In this document: positions 17,688-26,940 of the stretch, piece after piece
Numbering within the stretch: position 1 is the first letter of the stretch
How the letters are laid out: each line of letters opens with the position of its first letter
Assembly (NCBI GenBank): GCA_003138485.1
Contig: PLGF01000173.1
Coordinates: forward strand, 31,281-95,280
DNA length: 64,000 nt
Origin: Verrucomicrobiales bacterium
GTDB lineage: Bacteria > Verrucomicrobiota > Verrucomicrobiia > Limisphaerales > Palsa-1400
Direction: 5' to 3'
Notes under the pieces: generated by a model
Databases searched by the model: none
What the model saw: only the letters and a program-made list of their open reading frames with translations
Told to the model about the DNA's origin: nothing
Program-made: the position numbers and the translations under genes

Positions 17688-18013
17688 TTGCATTTTTTGA
17701 GCTTGCCAGAAGAACCCTCAGGCCGGATATTCGCGCTATCCCGCGAACGTTGCGCATGGAGTATCCGGAGGCGATTTATCATGGGATCGATCGGGGGGAT
17801 CATCGCGCGAGAACTCAAACGCCCGGGATGGAAGCAGAACGAATTGCGCTGTCGGCGCAAAGGAAACCCGGAGAAAGTAAAACTGGCTCGCCGGTTGCGG
17901 GCCGAAGCGACGATGACGCTGGCCTGTGTGGCGTAACACCTGGAGACGGGCAGTTGGGGCTACGTCTCGCATCTGCTGAATGGACAAGGAAAAAGTGCAA
18001 GCACAAAGATTGA
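17688..18013 (+). pseudogene. highly degraded remnant of a COG1943 / IS200-like transposase (N-terminal and C-terminal pieces in different frames)
   Basis: Frame A encodes RMEYPEAIYHGIDRGDHR (compare the conserved xEYPGAIYHVxNRGNRR N-terminus). Frame B encodes ARELKRPGWKQNELRCRRKGNPEKVKLARRLRAEATMTLACVA (compare the conserved C-terminal ...RRKGDPxKVxxARRLRxETTMTLxWIA tail). The middle of the gene is deleted. Confidence 0.5.
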
Positions 18014-18050
18014 TACCTGTCCGTGACACCTGCCCGATTTCTGCGACCAC

Positions 18051-19394
18051 ATGACAATCGATATACCACAAAGAAGCGCGCTTAAAGTGCTCGACACGTT
18101 TGCTGGTGCTGGTGGCTTCAGTTTGGGATTTCAGCTTGCCGGATTTGAAGTTATTGGCGCCATAGAGCGAGATAAATGGGCATGCGAAACGTTCGCATTC
18201 AATCACTCTGGAGCTATCACAGTTAATCGCAATATCGCGGAGATTTCCGATGACGAATTAAAAGAGATGTTTTTCGACAACAATCCAGACATCGTTGTTG
18301 GCGGCCCTCCATGTCAGGGATTTTCAATTGCAAACAAAAGGAATGGCGACCCAAAAGACCCCCGAAATTCCTTATTTAAGGAATTCCTTCGCGTTGGAGC
18401 GGCACTACATCCGGAAATAATGGTGATGGAGAGCGTTCCGAATCTATGCGCGGCCAGGACAGCGTCAAAAGAGAGCGTGTTGGAGATTATCAAGCAGGGC
18501 CTGAGAGAACTTGGATACCACGCATATGCGGCAGTCCTTAACGCAACTTCATTCGGTGTTCCACAAATGCGACAGCGGTTATTTGTTATCGGGTCGCGCA
18601 TGCAGTTGACCACCCTGTTTCCGAGGCCAACTCACCAAGTCTGCCTGAACGGAGACATGTTGCTTTTCGACGATAGCTTACAGCCATGCCCCACACTTTG
18701 GGATGCCATCTCCGATTTGCCACCGCTCGAAGCCGGTGAGGGTTCTGAAGAAACGCCATACTCTTCAGAGCCGAATACTGAATACCAGAAGGCGCTCCGA
18801 TTGGGTTCGACGAGCATTTTTAACCATAAAGCGATGTGTCATACGCGGCGAATCGTCGAGCGCTTCAAAACAATGAAATGGGGGGACTCCGTCAACGATG
18901 TCGCCGAGCACCTAAAACCAAGAAGGCGCAATTCCTCGGAAATCGCCATGGAGGCATACGACCAGAACAATAGGAGGATGCATCCAGAGCGTCAGTGTCA
19001 CACCATTCCCGCTTCCTTTTACGCTAACTTTGTCCATCCGTTTCAGCACAGGAATTTCACTGCTCGAGAAGGCGCGCGAATCCAATCATTCCCCGACTGG
19101 TTTAGGTTCATGGGAAAGCCGACCGTGATCAGCCACAAGCTTCTTGCACGCGAAGAACGACACGAGGAACTGCACCTCTGCCAATACAACCAAATCGGGA
19201 ACGCGGTTCCTCCATTCGTGGGGCGCGCGGTTGCGCTTAATCTCAAGCACCAACTCGAAAGGCTCCAAAATTCAAGATTGATCAAATCTATGTTCTACGA
19301 AAGCAGAAGAATACGGATAGAGAATTCCGTTACGCTGACACATATGAAAAAAATCCCATCTATGCGGATGTGGTGTGGCACTTGTTTGATATGA
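18051..19394 (+). CDS. DNA (cytosine-5)-methyltransferase
   Basis: C5-MTase motifs are present: I (FAGAGGFSLG), IV (GGPPCQGFS), VI (ENV-like MESVPNL), VIII (QMRQRLFVIG) and X (GNAVPP). GC content is markedly lower (~47%) than the flanking DNA. Confidence 0.85.
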   Translation: MTIDIPQRSALKVLDTFAGAGGFSLGFQLAGFEVIGAIERDKWACETFAFNHSGAITVNRNIAEISDDELKEMFFDNNPDIVVGGPPCQGFSIANKRNGDPKDPRNSLFKEFLRVGAALHPEIMVMESVPNLCAARTASKESVLEIIKQGLRELGYHAYAAVLNATSFGVPQMRQRLFVIGSRMQLTTLFPRPTHQVCLNGDMLLFDDSLQPCPTLWDAISDLPPLEAGEGSEETPYSSEPNTEYQKALRLGSTSIFNHKAMCHTRRIVERFKTMKWGDSVNDVAEHLKPRRRNSSEIAMEAYDQNNRRMHPERQCHTIPASFYANFVHPFQHRNFTAREGARIQSFPDWFRFMGKPTVISHKLLAREERHEELHLCQYNQIGNAVPPFVGRAVALNLKHQLERLQNSRLIKSMFYESRRIRIENSVTLTHMKKIPSMRMWCGTCLI

Positions 19395-19456
19395 CGCGCG
19401 GATTTTTAACAGCCTCATGGGAAAGCGGAGTCAATTTTGGACTTACAAAGGGATAC

Positions 19457-21097
19457 TTAATCTAATCGTTTGCTTGATTCGTTGCCGCCGGCGGCGGGCT
19501 TGCGCAAGACGGTGTCGCGTTGCGCCCAGGCGGGGTCGGGGTTCGGGTAATCCAGGTTGTAGTGCAGGCCGCGGCTTTCGGGCCGGCCCAGGGCGGAGGT
19601 AATGATCAATTCCGCCACGGTGGCGATGTTGCGCAATTCCAGCAGGTCGCTGGTGACGATGAAATCCCAGTAATATTGCTGAATCTCCTCCTGCAAATTG
19701 GCGATGCGGCTGCGGGCGCGTTGGAGCCGTTTGTTGGTCCGCACGATGCCGACGTAATCCCACATCATCCGGCGGATTTCGTCCCAATTGTGGCTGATCA
19801 CCACCATTTCATCAACGTTCTGGGCGTGGCCCGGCTGCCAGGGCGGCAGCGCCCATTCCCCGGCCGGGTCGGGGTGCGCGCGGACGCGTTCGGCGGCGCG
19901 GTGGGCGCAGACCAGGGCTTCAAGAAGCGAGTTGCTGGCCAGACGGTTGGCCCCGTGCAATCCGGTGCAGGCCGCTTCACCGACGGCGTAAAGGCCTGGG
20001 ATTTCCGTCTGCCCATCGACCGTCGTGACCACGCCGCCGCATTGATAATGGGCCGCCGGGACGACCGGAATGGGTTCGCGCGTGATGTCGATGCCGTATT
20101 GCAGGCAGGTCGAATGGATGTTGGGAAAGCGCTCGATGAGAAACGCCGCCGGCTTGCGCGTGATGTCCAGAAGCACATGATCCTGGCCGCTTTTCTTCAT
20201 CTCGTTGTCGATGGCCCGCGCCACGATGTCGCGCGGGGCCAGGGACTTGAGCGGGTGATACTTGTCCATGAAAGGGACGCCCGCGATGTTTTTGAGAATC
20301 CCGCCCTCGCCGCGGACGGCCTCGCTGATGAGAAAGGATTTGGCCTTGGGGTGAAAGAGGCAGGTGGGATGAAACTGCACGAATTCCATGTTCGCCACCG
20401 CCGCGCCCGCCCGGTAGGCCATCGCCACGCCGTCGCCGGTGGCGATGTCCGGGTTGGTGGTGTAGAGATAGACCTTTCCGCAGCCGCCGGTGGCCAGGAG
20501 AACGGTTCGCGCGGCGAAGGTTTCAATTGTATTGCGGTTTCTGTCCAGAACGTAAGCCCCCAGGCAACGATTGGCCGCGCCCGTTTCGCCCGCCGCGCCG
20601 CCCGCCTTCTGAGCGGTGATGAGATCAATGGCGATATGGTTTTCGAATATCTCGATGTTGGGCCGCGCCGCCGCGGCCGCCAGCAGCGCCCGCTCGATCT
20701 CCCGGCCCGTCGCATCTTTGGCGTGCAGAATGCGCCGCTTGGAATGGCCCCCTTCCCGTCCCAAGTCCAGCTCGCGTCCCTCGCTGCCTTCCCGCTCGGA
20801 GAATTTCATCCCGATCTCGATCAACTCGGCGATGCGCGCCGGCCCGTCGGCGAGAATCGCGCGCACCACCTCCTCCCGGCAAAGCCCCGCCCCCGCCCGG
20901 AGGGTGTCGCGGACATGAATTTCAATCGAGTCCTCCTTGCTCGTCACCGACGCGATGCCGCCCTGGGCGTAGTTGGTATTGGACTCGGCGCTGGATTTCT
21001 TGGTGACTATTGCCACGCGGCCCGGCGGCGCGACTTTCAAGGCAAAGAACAGCCCGGCCAGGCCGCTGCCGAGGACAAGGAAGTCAAATTGTTTCAT
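19457..21097 (-). CDS. nadB: L-aspartate oxidase
   Basis: FAD-binding N-terminus (DFLVLGSGLAG), and the succinate dehydrogenase/fumarate reductase flavoprotein fold motifs are conserved throughout the 546 aa. Confidence 0.85.
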   Translation of the reverse strand: MKQFDFLVLGSGLAGLFFALKVAPPGRVAIVTKKSSAESNTNYAQGGIASVTSKEDSIEIHVRDTLRAGAGLCREEVVRAILADGPARIAELIEIGMKFSEREGSEGRELDLGREGGHSKRRILHAKDATGREIERALLAAAAARPNIEIFENHIAIDLITAQKAGGAAGETGAANRCLGAYVLDRNRNTIETFAARTVLLATGGCGKVYLYTTNPDIATGDGVAMAYRAGAAVANMEFVQFHPTCLFHPKAKSFLISEAVRGEGGILKNIAGVPFMDKYHPLKSLAPRDIVARAIDNEMKKSGQDHVLLDITRKPAAFLIERFPNIHSTCLQYGIDITREPIPVVPAAHYQCGGVVTTVDGQTEIPGLYAVGEAACTGLHGANRLASNSLLEALVCAHRAAERVRAHPDPAGEWALPPWQPGHAQNVDEMVVISHNWDEIRRMMWDYVGIVRTNKRLQRARSRIANLQEEIQQYYWDFIVTSDLLELRNIATVAELIITSALGRPESRGLHYNLDYPNPDPAWAQRDTVLRKPAAGGNESSKRLD

Positions 21098-21253
21098 AAT
21101 GCCGCTTCAGGCCGTTTCTTGCCCTTGCGGTCAACGGCCACTTGTTACGGCAACGCGGCAGCGATGGCAAGACCAAGGTTTGACAGTTGACAAACTGAAC
21201 CATTGACAGCCTTTGCGGTTGTTTCGGCGGGCGCCTGGTGGCATACTGCCGGC

Positions 21254-22009
21254 ATGCGTGAGTTGTCAGCCGCTCCCTACTTCACTCTGAATCCGTTCCT
21301 GGAACTGTTTCGGACCGGGGTTCCCATATTGATGTATCACAAAATCGGGCCGCGCCCGCCCGGCGTCCGCCTCAAAGGGCTTTACCTGAGCGTGGCCAAC
21401 TTCGTGCGGCAACTGGGCGAATTCCAGGTGGCCGGTTTTGCCTCCTGCACGCTGGCCGAGGCCTGCGCCGGCGGCTCCGGCGGCCCGCGGGTTGCGCTGA
21501 CATTTGACGACGGGTTTTGCAATGTTCTTGAAAACGCGCTCGAACCGCTGGCCCAACATCGCCTCCGCGCCATCCAGTTCCTGGTGCCCGATGCGATTGG
21601 CAAACTCAATGAATGGGACCTGCGCGACGGCGAGGTCCCCGAACGCCTCATGGACGCCAGCCAGATTCGCCTGTGGCTCCAGGCCGGCCATGCCATCGGC
21701 TCCCACTCGCTGACTCACGCCCGTTTGACCCGCTTGAGCGTTCGCGATGCCCGCGAGGAAATTTTCGCCAGCAAGAAGACCCTCGAAGACACCTTCGCCG
21801 TGCCCGTTGACCATTTCTGCTATCCCTATGGCGATTGGAACCCGGCTGTGCGCGACCTGGTCATGGAGGCCGGATACCGGACGGCCTGCACCACCGCCTT
21901 CGGCATCAATACACCCGCCACCCCGCCCTTGGCGCTGCGCCGCCTGACGGTCCGGCATCCGACCCGCAGCTTGCGCTCCCTCAAAGCGAAACTGCTGGGG
22001 CCTGATTAG
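21254..22009 (+). CDS. polysaccharide deacetylase family protein (NodB homology domain)
   Basis: ALTFDDGF motif, His-containing motifs (GSHSLTH), and CYPYGDW. Confidence 0.7.
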   Translation: MRELSAAPYFTLNPFLELFRTGVPILMYHKIGPRPPGVRLKGLYLSVANFVRQLGEFQVAGFASCTLAEACAGGSGGPRVALTFDDGFCNVLENALEPLAQHRLRAIQFLVPDAIGKLNEWDLRDGEVPERLMDASQIRLWLQAGHAIGSHSLTHARLTRLSVRDAREEIFASKKTLEDTFAVPVDHFCYPYGDWNPAVRDLVMEAGYRTACTTAFGINTPATPPLALRRLTVRHPTRSLRSLKAKLLGPD

Positions 22010-22100
22010 GCGGCGTGAAAAAATCCGATCTTCCGGCTTGCGTCGGCTTCCTGCATTTGCTTTTTAGTTGGCTTGGTTTAATTTGAGCACAGGAGGAAAA

Positions 22101-22415
22101 ATGTCATTTCAGATTTCGCCGCCGCGCCGCAAGGACCACTTGCAAGTCAGAAAAACTCTCAAGCCGGTCAATTTCATCTGCGTCGCTCCCCATGCCAAGT
22201 GTGTCACATTGGTGGCGGATTTCAACGGCTGGCAGCCCGGCACTCTCCCGCTCAAACGCCGCGTCGATGGCGCCTGGTCAATCCAGGTGCCGCTCGGCCA
22301 CGGCCACTATCAATACCGATTCCTTGTCGATGGCCAACCGGTGCTGGACCCGCGCGCCCAGGGCATTGTCCGCGACGAGAACAATGAAAAGGCCTGTCTG
22401 CTCTCAGTGAGTTGA
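22101..22415 (+). CDS. CBM48 / glycogen-binding (AMPK-beta GBD-like) domain protein
   Basis: VTLVADFNGWQP...WSIQVPLGHGHYQYRFLVDGQ is the early-set/CBM48 signature. A strong AGGAGG Shine-Dalgarno lies 6 nt upstream of the ATG at 22101. Confidence 0.65.
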   Translation: MSFQISPPRRKDHLQVRKTLKPVNFICVAPHAKCVTLVADFNGWQPGTLPLKRRVDGAWSIQVPLGHGHYQYRFLVDGQPVLDPRAQGIVRDENNEKACLLSVS

Positions 22416-22426
22416 GCCTTCCCCTT

Positions 22427-22912
<486 letters not shown>

Positions 22913-23416
22913 CTAAACCTTTCCCACGCAGCTCTCCTCCAACTGCCATCGCTGGCTGCCATCCTCCAGGCAGTGGCAGTGCGCCGAGAAAAATCCGCCC
23001 CGATGCCGCCAGAACAACGGCCAGATTTCCTCCGCGTCGGTCCGGGGAAGTGTCAGCCGGGCTATCTCCGCCGCGTCGAAAAAGGCGAACTCCCCTTCCC
23101 GATGCGGCGGCGGCAGTTGCGCCAGCCGCGGCTTGACCTCGAACAAAAACATCAGCCAATGCTCGCGCCCCTGGTAGCCGTGCTCGCTCACCAGGCCCGT
23201 CAAATGCAAATCGCCCGGCGTCACCATTAAGCCCGTTTCCTCCCCGGCCTCGCGGCAGGCGCAGGCGTAAGGCGACTCGCCATCGGCCATGTGGAGCTTG
23301 CCGCCGCAGGGGCTCCACAAGCCGAGATTGGGTTCCTGCGCCCGGCGCATGAGCAGCGCCTGGTCCTGCCGGTTGAAACAATACAGCAGCGTGGCGATTC
23401 TGTAGGGCATCTTCAT
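22913..23416 (-). CDS. NUDIX hydrolase
   Basis: Nudix box GGKLHMADGESPYACACREAGEETGL (Gx5Ex7REUxEExGU). Confidence 0.75.
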   Translation of the reverse strand: MKMPYRIATLLYCFNRQDQALLMRRAQEPNLGLWSPCGGKLHMADGESPYACACREAGEETGLMVTPGDLHLTGLVSEHGYQGREHWLMFLFEVKPRLAQLPPPHREGEFAFFDAAEIARLTLPRTDAEEIWPLFWRHRGGFFSAHCHCLEDGSQRWQLEESCVGKV

Positions 23417-23507
23417 GTTGTCATTTATCGAAGTTCAATGGGAGCATCCGCCCATTACAAATGCTGTATCCAAATTGTAATTGCAACAGTAACCCATCAA
23501 ATCTAGT

Positions 23508-23993
23508 GTGCCAACAGGTGAAAAGAAGAAACCTTTCTTTATGTCCACTCTGATATCCCATTCAATCCTGGTCTTGGCGCTCGTCTTGATATTTGTCACT
23601 GTCTGGCAGTCTTTCCGCATCATTGGACCGGCGGAGGTCGGTTTGATAATGAAGCGGTTCGGCGGCAAGCTTCCTTCCGACAATCCCGTTGCTTTTCATG
23701 GCGAGGCCGGTTATCAGGCAGAACTCCTCATGCCGGGGGTTCGTTTCAAATGGTGGTTCTTATACAAGGTGGGAAAATTTCCCTGGGTCCAGGTGCCGGC
23801 CAATGAAATCGGCGTCCTGATAGCCCAGGTTGGCAAAACGCTGCCCGCGGGAGCCAAGTCGGCGCGCTATAAGAAGGAGTTTGGCAACTTCACCGACCTT
23901 TCCAGCTTCATCGGCAACGACGGTGAAAAAGGCGTCCAGCGTCCCGTTCTGGCTCCCGGCAGTCTTTGCCTGTTCACCCGGTTGCGTTTCTGA
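23508..23993 (+). CDS. flotillin-like SPFH/band-7 protein, N-terminal part (membrane anchor plus the start of the SPFH domain), interrupted by a frameshift
   Basis: TM helix, then IIGPAEVGLIMKRFGGK (the SPFH domain start). The frame is lost around 23955-23975 and the domain continues in the 23966-25528 ORF. Confidence 0.6.
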   Translation: MPTGEKKKPFFMSTLISHSILVLALVLIFVTVWQSFRIIGPAEVGLIMKRFGGKLPSDNPVAFHGEAGYQAELLMPGVRFKWWFLYKVGKFPWVQVPANEIGVLIAQVGKTLPAGAKSARYKKEFGNFTDLSSFIGNDGEKGVQRPVLAPGSLCLFTRLRF

Positions 23994-25528
23994 CCATCAC
24001 CAAGAACAAAGTGTTTGGCCTTCCCATTTCGTCCGATCTTCAGGCGCGCCAAGGCAGGGATGAAAGACTGACACCTGCCTCGTTCAATCTTGAACCCTGG
24101 CAGCTCGACGTGTTCCGGGTCGAACCGCAACTACAGCAGGGGAGCGAGGAGAAGCTCGACGTGGTTGGCGTTGTCACGACGCTCGAAGGCGATCCACTTG
24201 AGTCGGGTCACATTGCCAGCCGTCTGGGCGGTTTCGACGATATGGAAAAGCTGGAACTGGCGGGCGCTGACGACCAGAAACTTATCGAAGTGCTCTTGGG
24301 CGATAAAAACGCGTCTCACAACAATTATCAAGATTTCCAGGCTTTCCTCAACGCCGGCGGCAAAATGGGGTTGCAGCACGATGTCCTCCGCTACGGCGCC
24401 TACACCCTGAATCCATTCCTGGTGCGGGTGGAAATCGTTCCCATGCTCGTTGTCAAACAGGGCGAAGCTGCCGCGATCAAAGCCTACGTCGGGCTGGTGA
24501 CCCAGGACACCTCCGGCCCGAACTTCAAATTCGGGTCGTTGGTCAAACCCGGCCATCGCGGCCTCTGGGAGGACCCTCTGCGGACAGGCAAGTACGCCAT
24601 TAATCCGCGCATCTACAAGGCCGAGGTGGTGCCCACTGCCATTCTAAAGCTGGATTGGGCCGCCGAGGTGACCGGCGCGCATGGTCTGGACAAAAACCTC
24701 CAGCCGATCGTCGCCAAAAGCGACGAAGGTTTCGTTTTCAAAATCGATTTGCAGGTGCTTATCCATGTGCCGGACACCAAGGCGCCAAAGGTCATCTCGA
24801 TGGTGGGAACCATGAAGAATCTGGTCGATGATGTGCTCCAAGCTGCCGTGGGCAACCTTTTCCGCGACAAGCTTGGCTCGATGCGCGCCATCCAGTTCAT
24901 CGAGACACGGCAGGAAGTTCAGCAGGAAGCCTTCAAGCATATCCAGGCTCAACTCGCCCTCTACGACGTCGAGACCCGCGGCGTTTACATCCAGGATGTC
25001 ATTTTGCCGGAGGACCTCGTCAAGGTCCTCACCGAACGTGAGATCGCCAATCAACAGATCGCCACATTCCAAAAACAGGAGGAAGCCCAGAAGGGTCGCG
25101 TCGCGATGGAAAAAGCCAAGGGCACGGCTGATATGCAAAGCCCGCTGGCAAGATCGGAAGTCGAGATTTCCATCAAGGAAAACAATGCCAAGGCCCGCAA
25201 GGCCGAAGCCGACGGCGAGGCCACATTCACCTCCCGGACCGGCGCCGCCAAGGCCGCCGAAGTGGAAGCGGTCGGATTGGCAAAAGCCAAGGCCTACAAA
25301 GAACAGGTTGCTGCGCTTGGCCAGGCTCAAACCGCTTTGGTCAACGTGGCCGATGTCCTCTCCCGTGGCACGGTGCCCTTCGTGCCTAACATCCTCGTTA
25401 CGGGTGGAAATGGCGATGGGAACGCCGCCAACGGACTCATGGCGACACTCACGGGGATGTTTGCCAAATCCCTGCACGCACCGGCTGCTCCCGCGCCCGC
25501 GACAGAAGCGGCCCCACCCAAAGCATAG
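23966..25528 (+). CDS. flotillin-like SPFH/band-7 protein, C-terminal part (SPFH domain plus a long Ala/Lys/Glu-rich coiled-coil tail)
   Basis: SPFH core, then the flotillin-type EA-repeat coiled coil (EREIANQQIATFQKQEEAQKGRVAMEKAKG...AKAEADGEA). Confidence 0.65.
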   Translation: MPVHPVAFLTITKNKVFGLPISSDLQARQGRDERLTPASFNLEPWQLDVFRVEPQLQQGSEEKLDVVGVVTTLEGDPLESGHIASRLGGFDDMEKLELAGADDQKLIEVLLGDKNASHNNYQDFQAFLNAGGKMGLQHDVLRYGAYTLNPFLVRVEIVPMLVVKQGEAAAIKAYVGLVTQDTSGPNFKFGSLVKPGHRGLWEDPLRTGKYAINPRIYKAEVVPTAILKLDWAAEVTGAHGLDKNLQPIVAKSDEGFVFKIDLQVLIHVPDTKAPKVISMVGTMKNLVDDVLQAAVGNLFRDKLGSMRAIQFIETRQEVQQEAFKHIQAQLALYDVETRGVYIQDVILPEDLVKVLTEREIANQQIATFQKQEEAQKGRVAMEKAKGTADMQSPLARSEVEISIKENNAKARKAEADGEATFTSRTGAAKAAEVEAVGLAKAKAYKEQVAALGQAQTALVNVADVLSRGTVPFVPNILVTGGNGDGNAANGLMATLTGMFAKSLHAPAAPAPATEAAPPKA

Positions 25529-25574
25529 AGCAAAATCTTGCCAAGAGGCGCGCCGGAGGGTTTAATTCTGCCTA

Positions 25575-26924
25575 ATGTTACATCAGCAAACTCTGCGCCA
25601 GCCTGCGAGTTTCTCCGGCGTCGGCCTCCATTCCGGGGCTCGCGTCAATATGACTTTCCTTCCGGCTCCCCCCAATTCCGGCATCCGCTTCCGCCGGACC
25701 GATCTGGAGGGCAAACCCGAAATCGAGGCCGGCGTCGATTTCATCAGCGCCACCAATCGCTCGACTTCCCTGGCCAAAGGCGGCGCCAAAATCCACACCG
25801 TCGAACACGTCCTGGCCGCCTTCGCCGGGCGCGGCGTCGATAACGCGGTCGTGGAGTTGGACGCCAACGAGCCGCCCATTGCCGACGGGAGCGCCAGGGA
25901 GTATGTCAAGATGATCCAGGCCGCCGGCGTCGCCCCCCAGGACGAGCCGCGCGAGGTTTTCCGCCTTCTTTCCCCCATCTCCTACGAGAAGGACGAGACG
26001 AGCATTTCCGTGTTTCCGCACGACGGCCTCAAGATCACCTGCACCAGCGCCGACTCCAAGGGCCGCTTCACCCAATTCTTCAGCCTTGAGGTGACGCCGG
26101 AGACGTGGGAGCGCGAACTTTCCGGCGCCCGCACGTTTTGCTTCTTCGAGGAGATCGAATATCTCATCAAGAACGGCCTCATCAAGGGCGGCAGCCTGGA
26201 AAACGCCGTCGTCATCCGCGACGACGCCATTCTCACCACCGAGCCGCTGCGCTACCCGGAGGAGTTCGTCCGCCACAAAATATTGGACATCGTCGGCGAT
26301 TTGTCCTTGGTGGGTTGTCCCGTGGCCGCGCACATCATCGCCGTCAAGCCCAGCCACGCGGCCAATTGCGAAGTCGCCCGCCAAATCGCCCAGCAGATGC
26401 GCCAGCCCCTGGATGCCGCCCGCAGTTTCGCCCCGCCGGCGCCCCCGCCCGCCGCAAAGCCCGATGGCGACGCCGAGCCGTTGCGCGACGGCGATGAGTT
26501 GGACACCGCGCGGCTGATGAAGATACTGCCGCATCGCTACCCGTTTTTGATGATCGATAAAATCATCAAGATCGACGGGGCCAGGATTGTGGGCCTCAAG
26601 AATGTGACCATCAACGAGCCTTATTTTCAGGGGCATTTTCCCAATCATCCCATCATGCCGGGCGTGCTCCAACTGGAAGCCATCGCCCAGGTCGCCGGCA
26701 TCATGATGCTCCGGCAGGCGGACAACTTCGGCAAGCTGGCCTATTTCATGTCGGCCGAGAGCGTGCGCTGGCGCAAGCCGGTGCGGCCCGGTGACACGCT
26801 GATCATCGACGTTGAACTGACCAAGTCACGGGGCAAGATCGGCAAGGCCAAGGGAACTTGCCTGGTCAACGGCGAAACGGTCAGCGAGGCCGAAGTGACC
26901 TTTATGCTTATTGACAGGAGCTGA
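25575..26924 (+). CDS. lpxC/fabZ: bifunctional UDP-3-O-acyl-GlcNAc deacetylase / 3-hydroxyacyl-ACP dehydratase (LpxC-FabZ fusion)
   Basis: N-terminal LpxC (SGVGLHSG...HTVEHVLAA), then a Pro/Ala linker and a C-terminal FabZ hotdog (HRYPFLMIDKI...EPYFQGHFPNHPIMPGVL). Confidence 0.85.
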   Translation: MLHQQTLRQPASFSGVGLHSGARVNMTFLPAPPNSGIRFRRTDLEGKPEIEAGVDFISATNRSTSLAKGGAKIHTVEHVLAAFAGRGVDNAVVELDANEPPIADGSAREYVKMIQAAGVAPQDEPREVFRLLSPISYEKDETSISVFPHDGLKITCTSADSKGRFTQFFSLEVTPETWERELSGARTFCFFEEIEYLIKNGLIKGGSLENAVVIRDDAILTTEPLRYPEEFVRHKILDIVGDLSLVGCPVAAHIIAVKPSHAANCEVARQIAQQMRQPLDAARSFAPPAPPPAAKPDGDAEPLRDGDELDTARLMKILPHRYPFLMIDKIIKIDGARIVGLKNVTINEPYFQGHFPNHPIMPGVLQLEAIAQVAGIMMLRQADNFGKLAYFMSAESVRWRKPVRPGDTLIIDVELTKSRGKIGKAKGTCLVNGETVSEAEVTFMLIDRS

Positions 26925-26940
26925 TCCTGTTTCGCTTTTT

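Noticed and set aside
19520-21190. 556-aa plus-strand ORF
   Set aside because: It is antisense to nadB, which has unambiguous flavoprotein motifs. The amino-acid composition (R/G/A/D-rich) indicates a GC-frame artefact. The same reasoning applies to 5232-6023, 10078-10995, 11290-12270, 25578-26672, 27668-28309, 44020-44979, 45144-46178, 46323-47684, 47972-48823, 49519-50811, 55244-56164 and 61643-62581.
22068-22100. Longer start for the CBM48 gene (ORF opens at 22068)
   Set aside because: A strong AGGAGG Shine-Dalgarno precedes the ATG at 22101, so the shorter form was chosen.
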